From Octopus vulgaris (Eukaryota), in assembly GCA_951406725.2 (NCBI GenBank), contig OX597819.1, forward strand, positions 74,958,001 through 75,022,000: a stretch of DNA of 64,000 nt, in the 5' to 3' direction. Below are positions 37,681 to 50,396 of this stretch, piece after piece. Below the pieces are notes generated by a model. That model was not told where the DNA came from. It did not search any database and worked only from the letters and a program-made list of their open reading frames with translations. How positions within the stretch are numbered: position 1 is the first letter of the stretch; each line of letters begins with the position of its first letter. Both the position numbers and the translations under genes were made by a program.

Positions 37681-37875
37681 TGTGTCTTTGTGCCTGTGTT
37701 TGTTCTCCCATCATCGCTATACATCTGGTGTTGATATGTTTACCTATCCGTAATTTAGCGGTTCGGTGAAAGAGACCGATAGAATGAGTACTAGGATTAA
37801 GAAATAAGTCCTGGGGTTAAGGTAGTGCTTCAGAATGGCCGCAGTCAAATGACTGAAACAAGTAAAAGAATAAAA
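37680..37875 (+). mobile_element. SINE family A 3' half
   Basis: ttagcggttcgg..accgatagaatgagtac..ggccgcagtcaaatgactgaaacaagtaaaaga. Confidence 0.8.
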
Positions 37876-37945
37876 AAGAGAATGTCTGTCTGTGTCTGCG
37901 TGCACGCAAGCATACATACATGAAAGTATGTATGTATAAGTGTCT

Positions 37946-38017
37946 TAATTTCGTAGTTATGGTCATGGCACTAGCGATAGCTAATTTCGTAGTTATGGTC
38001 ATGGCACTAGCGATAGC
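37946..38017. repeat. Perfect 36-bp tandem duplication
   Basis: taatttcgtagttatggtcatggcactagcgatagc x2. Confidence 0.95.
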
Positions 38018-39122
38018 AAGTCTGGTGAAAGAATAAAATTTAAGTCTAAAAAACAATGTCGAAAAATAATGCGATTTACGTATGTCGTCGTTATTTTACG
38101 GTTGATAAGCAGCTAAGCACTCGCACCAACGTCACAGACATACCGACAGATGTTGGTTTTACGAAAGAAACTACATTCAAAATTTTTGAATTTTTTGTTT
38201 TCCTATTTTAGCAATGAAACATTTTCCCCCTCTAAAATCAATCTCATTAACGAGGATTTACAGTTTATTCAATTCTTTTCCTTGTCCTTTCGTTATTATT
38301 TTTTATATCGTCTTCCACAACTTGTTCTCCGACACCCCACCACCGGTTGAAGCATAGTGTCAATAGTGTCAGATAAACTGATGCAGCAAGGGGGTCATTA
38401 TGGCATAATGTAAAAACAATATTGTCATCTCGTAACTTGTCTTTGGTTTCAAGCTTTTCTGTTCAACAGCTTCATCAGTTATTTAGTAGCGGAGAATATA
38501 AGAAGAATGAAAAATAAGTGGGTGAGTAATGTGACAATAAAATTACATGGTAGTGGACAAGAAAAAAATTAGTGCGAAGATCAAATCATTCGTGAATATA
38601 TTTTCTAAAAATGTATATCACTCTTAAAATGATCTTGTACTTTGAGTCAGATAGACAGGCATATTTCCTCCTCCTCCTCCTCCTCCTCTTTCCCTCTTTA
38701 CAATTTATGCTCACTGGGGAGGGTTATGATCGACACTATAAGTGGTTCCGTTAGAAATAGTTAATAAGATTTATGGATACAATACGACGTAGGCGGCAAG
38801 ATTTGAAATACTGAATCTGCAGCTGAATAATCTGATTAGTTCAAAACTCTTTGCTCCTTTACTTGTCAGCTCTGATCATCTACTGAGCAATTGATGGTCG
38901 TATTCAATCATGGTTTCTAATCAAAGTTAAATATTTCAGTTTGTGAGTAAAACTGAGGCGCGATCTCTACTTTCTGGTTTGCTGTATCCGATTTCAGATT
39001 TGTTTACAATAATTTAATTAGTATGCTAATGAAATTAATTATTTTGTTTTACTTATTTTCCATAAATTAATTATATAAAAGTTACAAACATTTTAAAGAG
39101 TGAAATTTTTATTAATTTGAGA

Positions 39123-40230
39123 CAGTCAGAAGCCTCCATTATCGACATACCGGAAATAATATTTGCGTCTATTTCCATAAAAGATAAATTTCCCATAGAA
39201 AGTTAGCAGTGCAAGTCGTGTAAACAGATTTTCCATAGAAAATAAACCGGTACAAACCACCACCATTATGAACGTGAAAAGAGTGCCTCTGGGAACTTTA
39301 TGGGAGAAATTAAAGATGGCGGATGACTCAGTTAGGTATTTTTAAACCTTTTTTTACCGAGAGAAGGGAGTAATCCCGAAGATGTGTCACAAGAAACATG
39401 AAATGAAGATGGCAGTTGTTCGTACTGTGACAAGACAAAATGTAAGAAATGTGTCTGTGAGAAAAGGTATAAGGTTTAAAGGTGGCAATAGACTTAGAAT
39501 TTTAGCTCTGTTCCTCTACTCCTAGGCTAAGGAATTGTCTACTATCCGTTTTTGTGTGGAGGAATTGGATATAAAATCATGGTACAAGTGTGGATTATAA
39601 CAGCCATGTGCGCGAAGTATGTCCAGAGGATAAACTTCGCAAACCGGTCCTGGAATAATATATAGAAATAGATGAAACAATAATCTCAAGACGGAAGTAC
39701 AACTAAGGAAGGGTGCTACCAGAGCAGTGGGTTGCGGCAGTGTCTGTCGCGAGACACAGTAGATAATATGTCCTTTCGCAACCGTGATATACGGAAAGAG
39801 TATTTGAGAGTCGGTTCAACTGGGAAATGACTTGTGACGAACGTACACGCACATACCAGAGAGACCATTTTCAGCATTAAACGGCGAATCGTAACATTGA
39901 GTTCATGAACTCGTAAGACGGTGGGATCTATACACGTGGAAAGCACTTGAGACCTGATCAAACGAGGAAATAAGCAGCATCGTGACTCTTATCAGCCTAT
40001 AATTGACTCGTGTCACTGTGAGTTCATGTAGCGTGCAGAAACGAATATTGCGAATTCAGAAAAAACAGTTTCAGTGCATCGCACAAATTTCTTTTTGACT
40101 TTTCTTTCTTTCTTTCATTTCGGAACTTTTCATTAAAAATCGTTCAAAGTTTCGTAATATTTTCGTTTTCTTATCGCAAACATACAGAAACTATACTTCC
40201 CGGTATGTCGATAATGGAAGCTTCTGACTG
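39123..40230 (+). mobile_element. Merlin (IS1595/ISXO2-like) DNA transposon fossil with both TIRs
   Basis: TIRs cagtcagaagcctccattatcgacataccgg / ccggtatgtcgataatggaagcttctgactg. Decayed transposase: VSVRKG..FLYS*AKE.., PGIIIEIDETIISRRKYN*GRVLPEQWV, VEST*DLIKR..IDS..EFM*R. Confidence 0.85.
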
Positions 40231-40436
40231 GCTAAATTAGCGACAATTTCAGTCTTAACAAGTTCGTAACTTTTCTTTTATTCTTAATCTCTGCAGAAAA
40301 GGAATTTGATTTTCGTAAATAGAATGAAAAATTACATCAGTGTAGAAAATTTGAACAAAAGTAGACTTAGCGCACCGAAAGGCAATGATCCCGCAGGAGA
40401 GGATTAGTGAACCATTTTGTAAAATAAATGAGGTGA

Positions 40437-40648
40437 TGTGGTGAGCTGGCAGAATCGTAAGCACGCCGGGAAAAATGCTTAGCGGCATTTCGTCCGTCTT
40501 TACGTTCTGTGTGCAAATTCCATCAAAGTCAACTTTGCCTTTTATCCTTTCGGGGTCAATAAAATAAGTACCAGCTGAACTCTGGAGCTGATACAATCGA
40601 CTTACCCCTACCCCCGAAACTGCTGGCCTTGTGCCAAAATTTGAAATC
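40437..40648 (+). mobile_element. SINE family B (older tail type)
   Basis: gagctggcagaatcg..cctttcggggtcaataaaataagtacc..ggccttgtgccaaaatttgaaa. Confidence 0.85.
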
Positions 40649-41396
40649 AATATAGATAAATGAGGATAAGGGTTCCAGAGATAGAGGCGAGATAGCAATA
40701 ACTAAGATGCTAAAAGTAATTTAATTCTGTAACTCAGACATAAGCAAACAAATTTCAGTATAAAACGTCTGTGTTATTGAATCATGAAAATGCAAAAAAA
40801 TGTCAGTTTGCAAATACAAAACAAAGCTGAGTATTGACACAGCACTAGAAGATCGTAAGAATATCTGGTTAAGACGGAGCTCATGTTTAGGAAAATGTGA
40901 CGGTGTTCACTCATGTTTACAAGAATTTTCATGAAAAAATATGAAGAAACTAAAGAATATAAAATAAACATACTGCAAATAAATGGGTGTATTTCTGGTA
41001 GAAAACTCTCACCAAGGATTCATTATATTCAGACCATATTTCACACAACAAATGATACGAGTATAAAACGACCTGAGTCATCAGAATGTCTGTGTGTGTG
41101 TGTGTTTGACAGAATCGATTTTGAGCGTTTAGACATTGCCATGAACAGAGGCTGTCAGCGATAAAAAGAAGTAAAAAAGGAAAATCTCAAAGGTTTTGTA
41201 TTTTATGTTGGTCAGTAGACTTCAGTAATCTATCTGTAAGAGCATTTCGCGCGAGAAAAAATGTAGTAATCTGATTGGTTGAAAATAGCTAGAAAACAAC
41301 CCCTCAGTCACGTAATATTTCTGCGATCGCTGCTACGAGCCGGGAGCTGTCTTTTCTATTATTTATTATTATCATTATTACGAGGACAAAAGTGAA

Positions 41397-41795
41397 GACG
41401 GCGAACTGGCAGAATCGTTACCGTGCCGGACAAAATGCTTAGCGGCATTTCTTCTGGTTTTATAGTCCAAGTTCAAATGCCGTGAACGATGACTTTGCCT
41501 TTCGTCCTTTCGCATTCCATAAAAAAAGTACCAATTGACTTCCCTTTCCCCTCTAAAATTAGAAAGAATTATTATTACTAATGCAGCAAGTTGGTAGACT
41601 CGTAAAGTATCGGACATAATGCTTTGAAGTATTTGTTCTGGGTCTTTATGTTTTGAGTTCAAATCCCGCCGAGGTCTACTTTGCCTTTCATCCGTTCGGG
41701 GTCGATGAAAAAAGTACCAGTCAAGTAGTGGAGTCGATGTAATCGAGTGTACCCCTCCACAAAATTTCAGGCCTTGTGCCTATAGTAGAAAAGAT
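41397..41795 (+). mobile_element. Two tandem SINE B copies
   Basis: Head and core motifs as in the other B copies. Confidence 0.8.
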
Positions 41796-41798
41796 TGC

Positions 41799-41832
<34 letters not shown>

Positions 41833-41866
41833 TAATATATTAAAGCGGCGAGCCAGCAGAATCTTT

Positions 41867-42022
41867 AGGAGTGGCTGTGTGGTAAGTATCTTTCTTACCA
41901 ACCACATGGTTCCGGGTTCATTCCCACTGCGTGGCACCTTGGACAAGTGTCTTCTACTATAGCCTCGGGCCGACCAAAGCCTTGTGAGTGGATTTGGTAG
42001 ATGGAAACTGAAAGAAGCTCGT

Positions 42023-42075
<53 letters not shown>

Positions 42076-42298
42076 GAGTATATGCTTGTGTGTCTGTGTT
42101 TGTTTCCCCAACATCACTTGACAACCGATGGTGGTGTGTTTGCGTTCCCGTAACTTAGCGGTTCGGCAAAAGAGACCGATAGAATAACTACTAGGGTTAC
42201 AAAAAATAAGTCCTGGGGCCGATTTACTCGACTAAAGCGGTGCTCCAGCATGGCCACAGCCAAATGACTGAAATAAGTAAAAGAGTAAAAGAGTAAAG
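41867..42298 (+). mobile_element. SINE family A, near full-length
   Basis: aggagtggctgtgtggtaag..gaaataagtaaaagag. Confidence 0.9.
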
Positions 42299-42486
42299 AG
42301 TACGCCGGACAAAATGCTTAGAAATATTTCGTCTGTCTTTACGTTCTGAGGTCACCTCCCGCTGAGGTTGACTTTGCTTTTCATCCTTTCGGGGTCGATG
42401 AAATAAGTACCAGTTACGTACTGGGGTCGCTCTAATCGACTTACTCCCTCCCTCAAAATTTTTGGCCTTGTGCCAAAATTTGAAAT
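42299..42486 (+). mobile_element. SINE family B
   Basis: Core tttcatcctttcggggtcgatgaaataagtacc. Confidence 0.85.
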
Positions 42487-42510
42487 CCAAGCAGTTTAAC
42501 AATCATTATA

Positions 42511-42929
42511 CTCTTTACTCTTTTACTCTTTTACTTGTTTCAATCATTTGATTGCGGCCATGCTGGAGCACCGCCTTTAATCGAGCAACTCGACCCCGGG
42601 ACTTATTCTTTTGTAAGCCCAGTACTTATTCTATCGGTCGCTTTTGCCGAACCGCTAAGTAACGGGGACGTAAACACACCAGCATCGGTTGTCAAGCAAT
42701 GCTAGGGGGACAAACACAGACACACAAACACACACATGCATATATATATATATATACATATATACGACGGGCTTCTTTTCAGTTTCCGTCTACCAAATCC
42801 ACTCACAAGGCTTTGGTCGGCCCGAGGCTATAGTAGAGGACACTTGCCCAAAGTGCCACGCAGTGGGACTGAACCCGGAACCATGTGGTTGGTAAACAAG
42901 CTACTTACCACACAGCCACTCCTGCGCCT
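42511..42929 (-). mobile_element. SINE family A, full-length, young
   Basis: ctcttttacttgtttc..cacagccactcctgcgcct. Confidence 0.92.
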
Positions 42930-43204
42930 ATGTTACTGATTTGATTAGGTCGCCCTCACTACTGGTGTGTTCTGGAAGGTTGTTAGCACAAACCGTGCGC
43001 TATACATCGAGCCAGTGTTTACCTCCTGTCACAGACACCTAACTGACTGCTGACGCCTAATTTAATTAAGGTACATTGCTGAATCATGCAGTCTTTGTTG
43101 GTTACACTCACTGTTATAACAGATGCGGGATCACGATCCATGATTCAATAATCTAACATTTAATTCATAAGAACACGATGCTTCTGAAGTGCTTGTGCGT
43201 GTGT

Positions 43205-43355
43205 GTGTTTAACTTCAGGCCAAAGATGTTACAGCCTTCGTCATCCCGTCTATTTGCATCCCTATTATCCAATGTGGTTGTCCTCTTTCTTTTTAGGACT
43301 GTAAGGTTATATTTAAAGAACGATTTAGCTGCTGCTTCTAGCAGGTCCAATGAAC
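43205..43355 (-). mobile_element. Repeat family D
   Basis: gatttagctgctgcttctagcaggtc is the reverse complement of the family D head. Confidence 0.55.
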
Positions 43356-43945
43356 ACCTACGGGTTCACTCATTGAGTCTGTGTGTGTGTGTGTACACGC
43401 ACGTGATGAAAGACGATGTATATCTGAGCGTGTATGTGCGTGACTGCGTCAGTGTGTGCGTGCATGCGCATGAGTATTTGGAAGGTAAAGTATAAGTTTC
43501 GACTAAACAATTACGATAAATAATTGGTGTTATTTAAATATTTTTTAGTCAAGCAACTTTATCTAAAAAAAAAAAAAAGTATCTTATCAAGAGGACACTG
43601 TACGTGTATTGTATTGGTTAAGATTACGGCATGACACAGATGCGAATCGACAGACTAAAGTTGAGCTGATCGTATTTCACCGGGACAAAGGTTCTCAAAG
43701 ATAATGAGCGAAAGAAATGGACGAGACAGACAACTAAATGAACATCATCTGAGATTAGCAAAGAATGATATTTTTGTTTTTCTTAGTTTACATCATTACA
43801 GACCTTATATACTCTTGTCATTTTTCGTGTGTGCGTCTCTCTCTCTCTCTCCCTCTTTCTCCTTCCCCTCTCTCTTTCTCTTCTCTCTTCTCCCTCTTTC
43901 ACTCTCTTTCTTTCTCTCTACTCTGAAGGCAAATAAATACGGCCC

Positions 43946-44012
<67 letters not shown>

Positions 44013-44301
44013 CTGTATATAAAAAAGAATACAGAAAAGAACGTAAAGTATTCAGACAGATGATACAAAAAATGGACAAGAAAAATAAGGACGGGTCATT
44101 CGGAGTTTTCTTTCCTCAGTCGAGTTCCAGATTATCTTTGCAATTTCGGCTGGTTATACTCGAGATTGCTCCAATCTGGCCAGCCCCAAGGAAAAACTAA
44201 GCTAAGAGCACTAGATTCCTTAGAAGAAAGCAGCGAATATATACGAAAACAAGGACGGAAAAAACCCCGGAAAAATGGTATACAAATGCAAATAACAGGG
44301 C

Positions 44302-44344
<43 letters not shown>

Positions 44345-44349
<5 letters not shown>

Positions 44350-44620
44350 AGTTCAAACATGAACAAGCAAGAAAAAACACTAACGTGAGGACGTGGAATA
44401 AGTGCAGTGTTATTGGAAGCTCAGGAAAGGAAAGAAAAGAAAGAGGATTTTACGTTTCGAGTGGAGCTCTTCATCAGAAATATAGGAAAAGTCCAAAGAA
44501 GGGAAGGCGGAGAAAGGAAATCGCCAACAATATACACGCGGTCACATATTGAAATGACCGGAAGGAAATGGGTGAAGAAAAAGTTCTTTCAAAGACACGA
44601 GAGTGCAAGAAAGGCGGTAT
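44345..44620 (-). mobile_element. Penelope-type pseudo-LTR segment
   Basis: Paralog of 36303-36600, adjacent to (TA)n. Confidence 0.7.
44447..44481 (-). ncRNA. Minimal type I hammerhead ribozyme-like motif (canonical CUGAUGA core)
   Basis: Minus strand ATTT-CTGATGA-A-GAG(ctcca)CTC-GAAA-CG-TA-AAAT. Confidence 0.65.
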
Positions 44621-44879
44621 GTGTGTGTATGTGTGGGTATGTGCTGCACGCAGGTCTGTGTGTGTGTGTGTAATGAGAGCGATAGAAAAAGTACCTGTAA
44701 AAAATAAGTACATGAATCGATTCTTTCGACTAAAACCCTTCAAGGCGGCACCCTAGCATATCCGTAGTTCAAAGAATGAAACAAGTAAAAGATAAAAGAT
44801 AAATCCCTGTCATTACGGGTGTGAAGTATTTTAAGTGATTCTACCCGATTAGAAAACCTGGTAATATTTAGTTACATTT

Positions 44880-45268
44880 AAGGCATCGGTCTGGTAGGAT
44901 CGTTAGCACCTCGGCCAAAATGCTTAACGGTATTCAAACACCGCCGAGGTCAACATTGCCTTTCATTCTTTCGGGGTCGGTTAAATAAATACCAGTTCAG
45001 CACTGAGGTCGATGTATTCGACTTACCCTCTCCCCATAAATTGCAGGCCTTGTACAAATACTTGAGATCAATATTTAGATACATTCTGAGCTGGGAGAAT
45101 CGCCACCGCGTCGGTCAAAATGCTTAAGAACATTCAAATTTCGCCGAGGTTGACTTTGCCTTTCATTCTTTCGGAGTCAATAAAATAAATCCCAGTTGAG
45201 CACTAGGATCGATGTAATCGATTTACCCAGTCTTCATAAATTGCTGACCTTGTACCAAAATTTTCAAC
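44880..45268 (+). mobile_element. Two tandem SINE B copies
   Basis: cgccgaggt..gcctttcattctttcgg occurs twice. Confidence 0.8.
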
Positions 45269-45540
45269 CTATATTTAGTTACATACATATGTATGGGATT
45301 TTAAGTCCAAATTCCACCAAAGTCAGTTACAGCTTTCATGATTTCAATGTCGTTGAGAAAATCAAAATCGGGTTTTGGATCGATTCACTTAACTATACAT
45401 CTCCATCACAAACATATGACTTCGTGCCAATGATGGTATTATAATGCGTCGGAGGTGTACTTGTCTGGCAAGTGACTTGATCCAATATTGTCTATTGAGA
45501 CAACTGAAGCAATTACATCGTGGGATAGTAATGCTAAATA

Positions 45541-45759
45541 TTTATCATTTATCTTCTGTTTGTTTCAGTCATTAGATTGTGTCCATGCTGGGGCACCGCC
45601 TTGAAGGATTTAGTCGAATAAATCGACCCCAGTACTTTTCTTTTTTTTTTTTTTGTTTTAAGGTTTAGTTTCTTCTGCTGGGCCGCTTATGTTGCAGGGA
45701 CTTAAACAAACCAACAACCATTGTCAAGTGGTAAAAGGGGACAAACACAAATACAGATA

Positions 45760-45831
<72 letters not shown>

Positions 45832-45852
45832 GCACGCACACACACGTACACG

Positions 45853-45908
<56 letters not shown>

Positions 45909-46040
45909 TGGACTTCTTTCAGTTTCTGTCTACTAAGTCCACAAGGTTATAGTAGAAGACACTCCCAAGGTGCCATGTAGTGGTACTGAACCCCAAACCA
46001 TATTGTTGGAAAGTAAACGTCTTACCAAACAGTCACGCCT
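45541..46040 (-). mobile_element. SINE family A with expanded internal (CA)n
   Basis: tgtttcagtcattagattg..(ca)n..ttctttcagtttctgtctac..actgaaccc. Confidence 0.85.
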
Positions 46041-46714
46041 AAAAAAATATTCAAATTTTTATTTCATGATGTTACAGATGATTCTGCTTACTAGTACAGT
46101 CTCGCTGAAGTTCTTATGCAATTAACCTAATTCACAAATCAAGTGATAAATAACGAGATTTCAACACCTTTTCGTTAGTGCCCAGCATTGCATACCATTT
46201 AAAAATATTTTTATTGGCTCATTTGACATGATTAAATATTGATTTATTTCAGATTATAATTTACAGGGAATTTGTCTGAAAGTTACAGACCATTGATATA
46301 AATCGGTTTGCTGTTTTCGATAATTGAATAATGTTGTCAGCTTCTAGTAAAAAAAAAAAAGAAGAAAAAAAGGAAAAAAGATGATTGTTACGGCTTGAAT
46401 ACCTTTGATCATAGGTTTGATCGGTGAACTTTGATCTATGAATAACCTAATTATACAATAATTACCAGTTGTATAAATAAATTACTTTTTTAAATAATTG
46501 AAATCTCTTTCTTAGTCGTTGACAGTAATTGTTAGCGACTTTCAAAGAAAAGGGGAGATAATTGCAAGAAATTAAGAATTAATGTCTTAAAATTAATTTA
46601 CATTTATAGTTCTTATAGAATGGGATTTTTTTTCAGTCACAACAAAAACTGTGCTAATACATGTACCTTTAAGACTAACAACGTTCGAGTAATCACGCTG
46701 AAAGAGAAGAATCC

Positions 46715-47140
46715 ATGCAGTCATTCAACCTGTTAGAAATAGTAACCAAATCTCATTCAAATACTCTATTGTCAAAACGATAAACGAAAGGAAAACAAAG
46801 GATAAATAAGATAATTAATGCTAAATACAGTCGTTGAAAAATAGATGAGATGGTCATAGCTGGACAAAATCAGAGATGAACAAAAACAATGTAGGTACCA
46901 GAAAACTTGAAGGAAGGAATACAAGGAAATCAATGAACCTGTACGTGGTCACTCGCTTTGCAAGAAATAGCAGCCTGCTTTCCTTGAAACCGTATTCTAC
47001 TGCCTTAGAAAGGAAAGACACTTAATAATATGTTGTCTTCAAGAGACAGTGCTTAAAAAAGGTGGATTGGTCTTGCTTGGATTGTCTCTGATCCTATGTT
47101 TTCTTACTCAGTTAGGACTGAATGAGATTAAACAACTATA
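46715..47140 (+). mobile_element. Two repeat family D copies
   Basis: gtcattcaacctgttagaaatag and gtggtcactcgctttgcaagaaatagcagcc..taaacaac. Confidence 0.55.
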
Positions 47141-47269
47141 ACGTTTACGTTAGTTATCCAAAGAGCACAACAGTCATTGTTGGGACATTTGCAGTTATTT
47201 TCCCTTTCGCTTGTATTATCTTGAAGGATTCCATGATTATGCAATGACACGATTTTTCATACAAAGATG

Positions 47270-47740
47270 CTGTTGACTTTCTATGCAGGAAAAATTCTTC
47301 TCCTTACTCAACAAACACTTTTTCAAAGACTATAGACTTCATGAATTATGCAACAGGAATAATTATGTAAAAGGAAGTTTGCACAAGACATTCTTTAAGA
47401 TAAAATTATTTTGTTGCATTAGCACCTGTTTCTTCAAAACAATCCAATCCAAAGAGAAGGTAGCTGTAATTGTTGTAAGACTGAGTTATGTTCATTGAAT
47501 GACCGGTATACAACTAATCGCGCCGTTTACAACTGAAAACAGCAGTTTTGTGTTGTAGATAGCCTTAATACCCATTTAAGAACCTACTATACCAGCTTGT
47601 GAACGGGTATAATAACAAAAAATAAAAATAAAACTAAATTGCTACCAAAGCACATTTGACAAGAGGTGAGTCTTCCAGCATTACAAGGTCTATCTGAACA
47701 GGGTCACATCACACTATAATTGTTCAAAATTATGCAATTT
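47270..47740 (+). mobile_element. Second, highly decayed Penelope GIY-YIG fragment
   Basis: KFFSLLNKHFFKDYRLHELCNRNN and SCNCCKTELCSLNDR..AVY, homologous to 35366-36056. Confidence 0.65.
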
Positions 47741-48390
47741 ATGTTTAACTGATAGAGAGATAGAAAGATAGATAGAACTGGAATTTTATTCATCTACCTC
47801 AAAAGGATGAGTGACAAAGTTGACCTCGGAAGCATTTGAAATTAGAGCGCAGATAACCGGAACGCATACTGCAAAGTAATCCGATACATTGATGACTTAC
47901 CTACACTCACATATACTCCTGTACGTAGGGAACATCTTTTCTTTCAATCATTCTTAATAAATTCACGACTATATTCAAGTTTGATATATTCATTGAGGAT
48001 TTTCCCCAGTGTCTTATTTGTCCTTTATAGCATTCTTAAATGCATTGGTCTGATATTTCGAAAGTTTTACGAAACCATTTAAAAAGAAAAAAGAAAGCTA
48101 TTGTTTAAGGCGCAATGTCCGTGCGTTCTGCTCTAAGCCGTGAAAGCTGATAAAATCATCAACGCTGGATTTAAGATTATATAACGGTAATTCTTGATAG
48201 CTCTCATAATGTTATTATATATTATTACGTGTACTTGTGCTTAATTTACTTTTGCATTATGCTGTTAGTAAAGCTTCTATAGTTATTCATTTCAATTTTT
48301 ATAGAATTCTATAAAAATTGTAGTGCTGCCAACTCGTATCTTTTTTTATCCAATTTTATTTTGTGTATTGCATTATACACAGACACTATC

Positions 48391-48440
<50 letters not shown>

Positions 48441-48635
48441 GCATCCACATTCACACACTCACGTGCGCACACAAACACACATTTATGTGTACATGCAAGC
48501 ATATTTAAAGAAAAATATGGACCTCTACACAAATTCAGACATTGTAATTTTACCGTTTTCAATATTCAGTTTGTTGCAAAAAGAAACGAATGCCTACACA
48601 CAAACACACACACACACACACACACACACATATGT

Positions 48636-48673
48636 TATATTTGTGAAAAATATCTACGGTACTTTATATTTAC

Positions 48674-48716
<43 letters not shown>

Positions 48717-48745
48717 AAGTATCATAGATACTTTTCACAAATATA
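48636..48745. repeat. 35-bp inverted repeat enclosing a (CA)n tract
   Basis: tatatttgtgaaaaatatctacggtactttatat / atataaagtatcatagatacttttcacaaatata. Confidence 0.8.
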
Positions 48746-49133
48746 GTTTAATTTTTTGCTTTGATATGAATGCACCGTAATCATATGGTGCATCACGCGA
48801 CGCCATGGGAGATGGCGCTGACTTCGTCGTGGTAGTTTTTCGTCGTTTTATCTTCGTTACAAATTACAAGGCAATATCAACTATTTAACAGATGAAATCT
48901 GTCGAGAAGCTTTTCGAGTTCATATATCTTATATTTGATAAGGGACATTGATTGTATTCTACATTGTGTCTCTTGTTGATGTTTATACTCGCCTGTTCTC
49001 ATTTCTCTTCTAATTATCTGAGAATTGAGAAATTTTGGCAGTAGTGAGAGTGAAGCGAGAGAGGGTGAGGGTGAACGGATAAGTCATGGGAAAAATCGAT
49101 AGATATAGCCTGAGGGCTGAAGATAGCTAGAGA

Positions 49134-49207
<74 letters not shown>

Positions 49208-49269
49208 TATATTATATTATATTATATTATATATTATATTATTATATTATATTATATTATATTATATTA

Positions 49270-50001
49270 TATTATATTAGAGGAAAAATCAAGTATCTCA
49301 AGTCATTTAGAATAATTTAATTAGGGTAAGGTGAATTTAAAGTCTTACGGCTGTTTCTGGGATAACCCAAGTGGTTGGTTAGCAAATCCGTGCACTGGGT
49401 TCTCCGTCATTAGAGACACGGTGTGAATATTTTAGTTGGGGAAAATTTACAGTATACAAGGAATAAAATTCTCACTTCATAAGGAATAAAATAGAAGAAT
49501 AAAGAGTAAAAGTAGAAGAATATAGGCAAGAGAATGATGTTCACAGCTCATCTTTTTCCAGAGGATATGGATGTTGTTCGGTATTCCCATTTTTAACTAA
49601 TGTTGGTCGGTACTTCCATTTTAACTAAAAACCTGTAGCTTCATGGAAATACCGACCAGCATCCACATCCTCTGGAAAAAACAGTTGTGAACATTATTCT
49701 TCTGCCTATATTCTTCTAACTACCTTTACTCTTTATTCTTCTATTTTACTCCTTTATTCTTCTATTTTATTCCTTATAAACTGTGAATTTTACTCAATGT
49801 AAACTGTAAATTTTCCCCGTCTAAAATATTCATACCTTGTCTCTAATGACAGAATACCCAGTGCACCGATTTGCTAACCAACCAATTGGGTTATCCCAGA
49901 AACAGCTGTAAGACTTCAAATTCACCTTAACCTAATTAAATTATTCTAAATGACTTGAGATACTCGCTCTGCTTCGTTCTGATTTTCCCTCTAATATAAT
50001 A
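49270..50001. mobile_element. Large inverted repeat of Penelope-LTR-like sequence (arms ~49270-49590 and ~49642-50001)
   Basis: The arms are reverse complements along their whole length, e.g. agtatctcaagtcatttagaataatttaattagg / cctaattaaattattctaaatgacttgagatact. Each arm has a hammerhead-like motif, and TA-rich microsatellites flank the structure. Confidence 0.85.
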
Positions 50002-50062
50002 TATACACGCTATAACGGAAACCTAACACAGATCCCTGGATCCAGCCTTAGCTGTGAACTTG

Positions 50063-50128
<66 letters not shown>

Positions 50129-50342
50129 GTATATAGTTTAAATAGACTATTGAGCTTTATATTTATCTTCAGTACTCCTTCTTTGGAATGTTACCCAACA
50201 ATAGAAATATATACTCATGTGTGTGCATGTGTGAGTGCGTGTGTGCGTGCGTGCGTGTACAAGTGTTTGTGTAGGCGTCACTTTAAACACGGAGAGTTAA
50301 GTGGAATTATTTACTGTGAATTCAATTGTATGTGTTTGTGTA

Positions 50343-50396
50343 TATTTTCTTGGGTAATAATATTTTCTTGGGTAATAATATTTTCTTAGGTAATAA
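50343..50396. repeat. 18-bp tandem repeat x3
   Basis: tattttcttgggtaataa x3 (one mismatch). Confidence 0.9.

Noticed and set aside
37946-38017. CRISPR-like 36-bp repeat
   Set aside because: Two adjacent units with no spacer, eukaryotic context and no cas genes.
44125-44195. Hammerhead-like stem ggctgg..ccagcc-gaaa on the minus strand
   Set aside because: No CUGANGA core precedes the stem.
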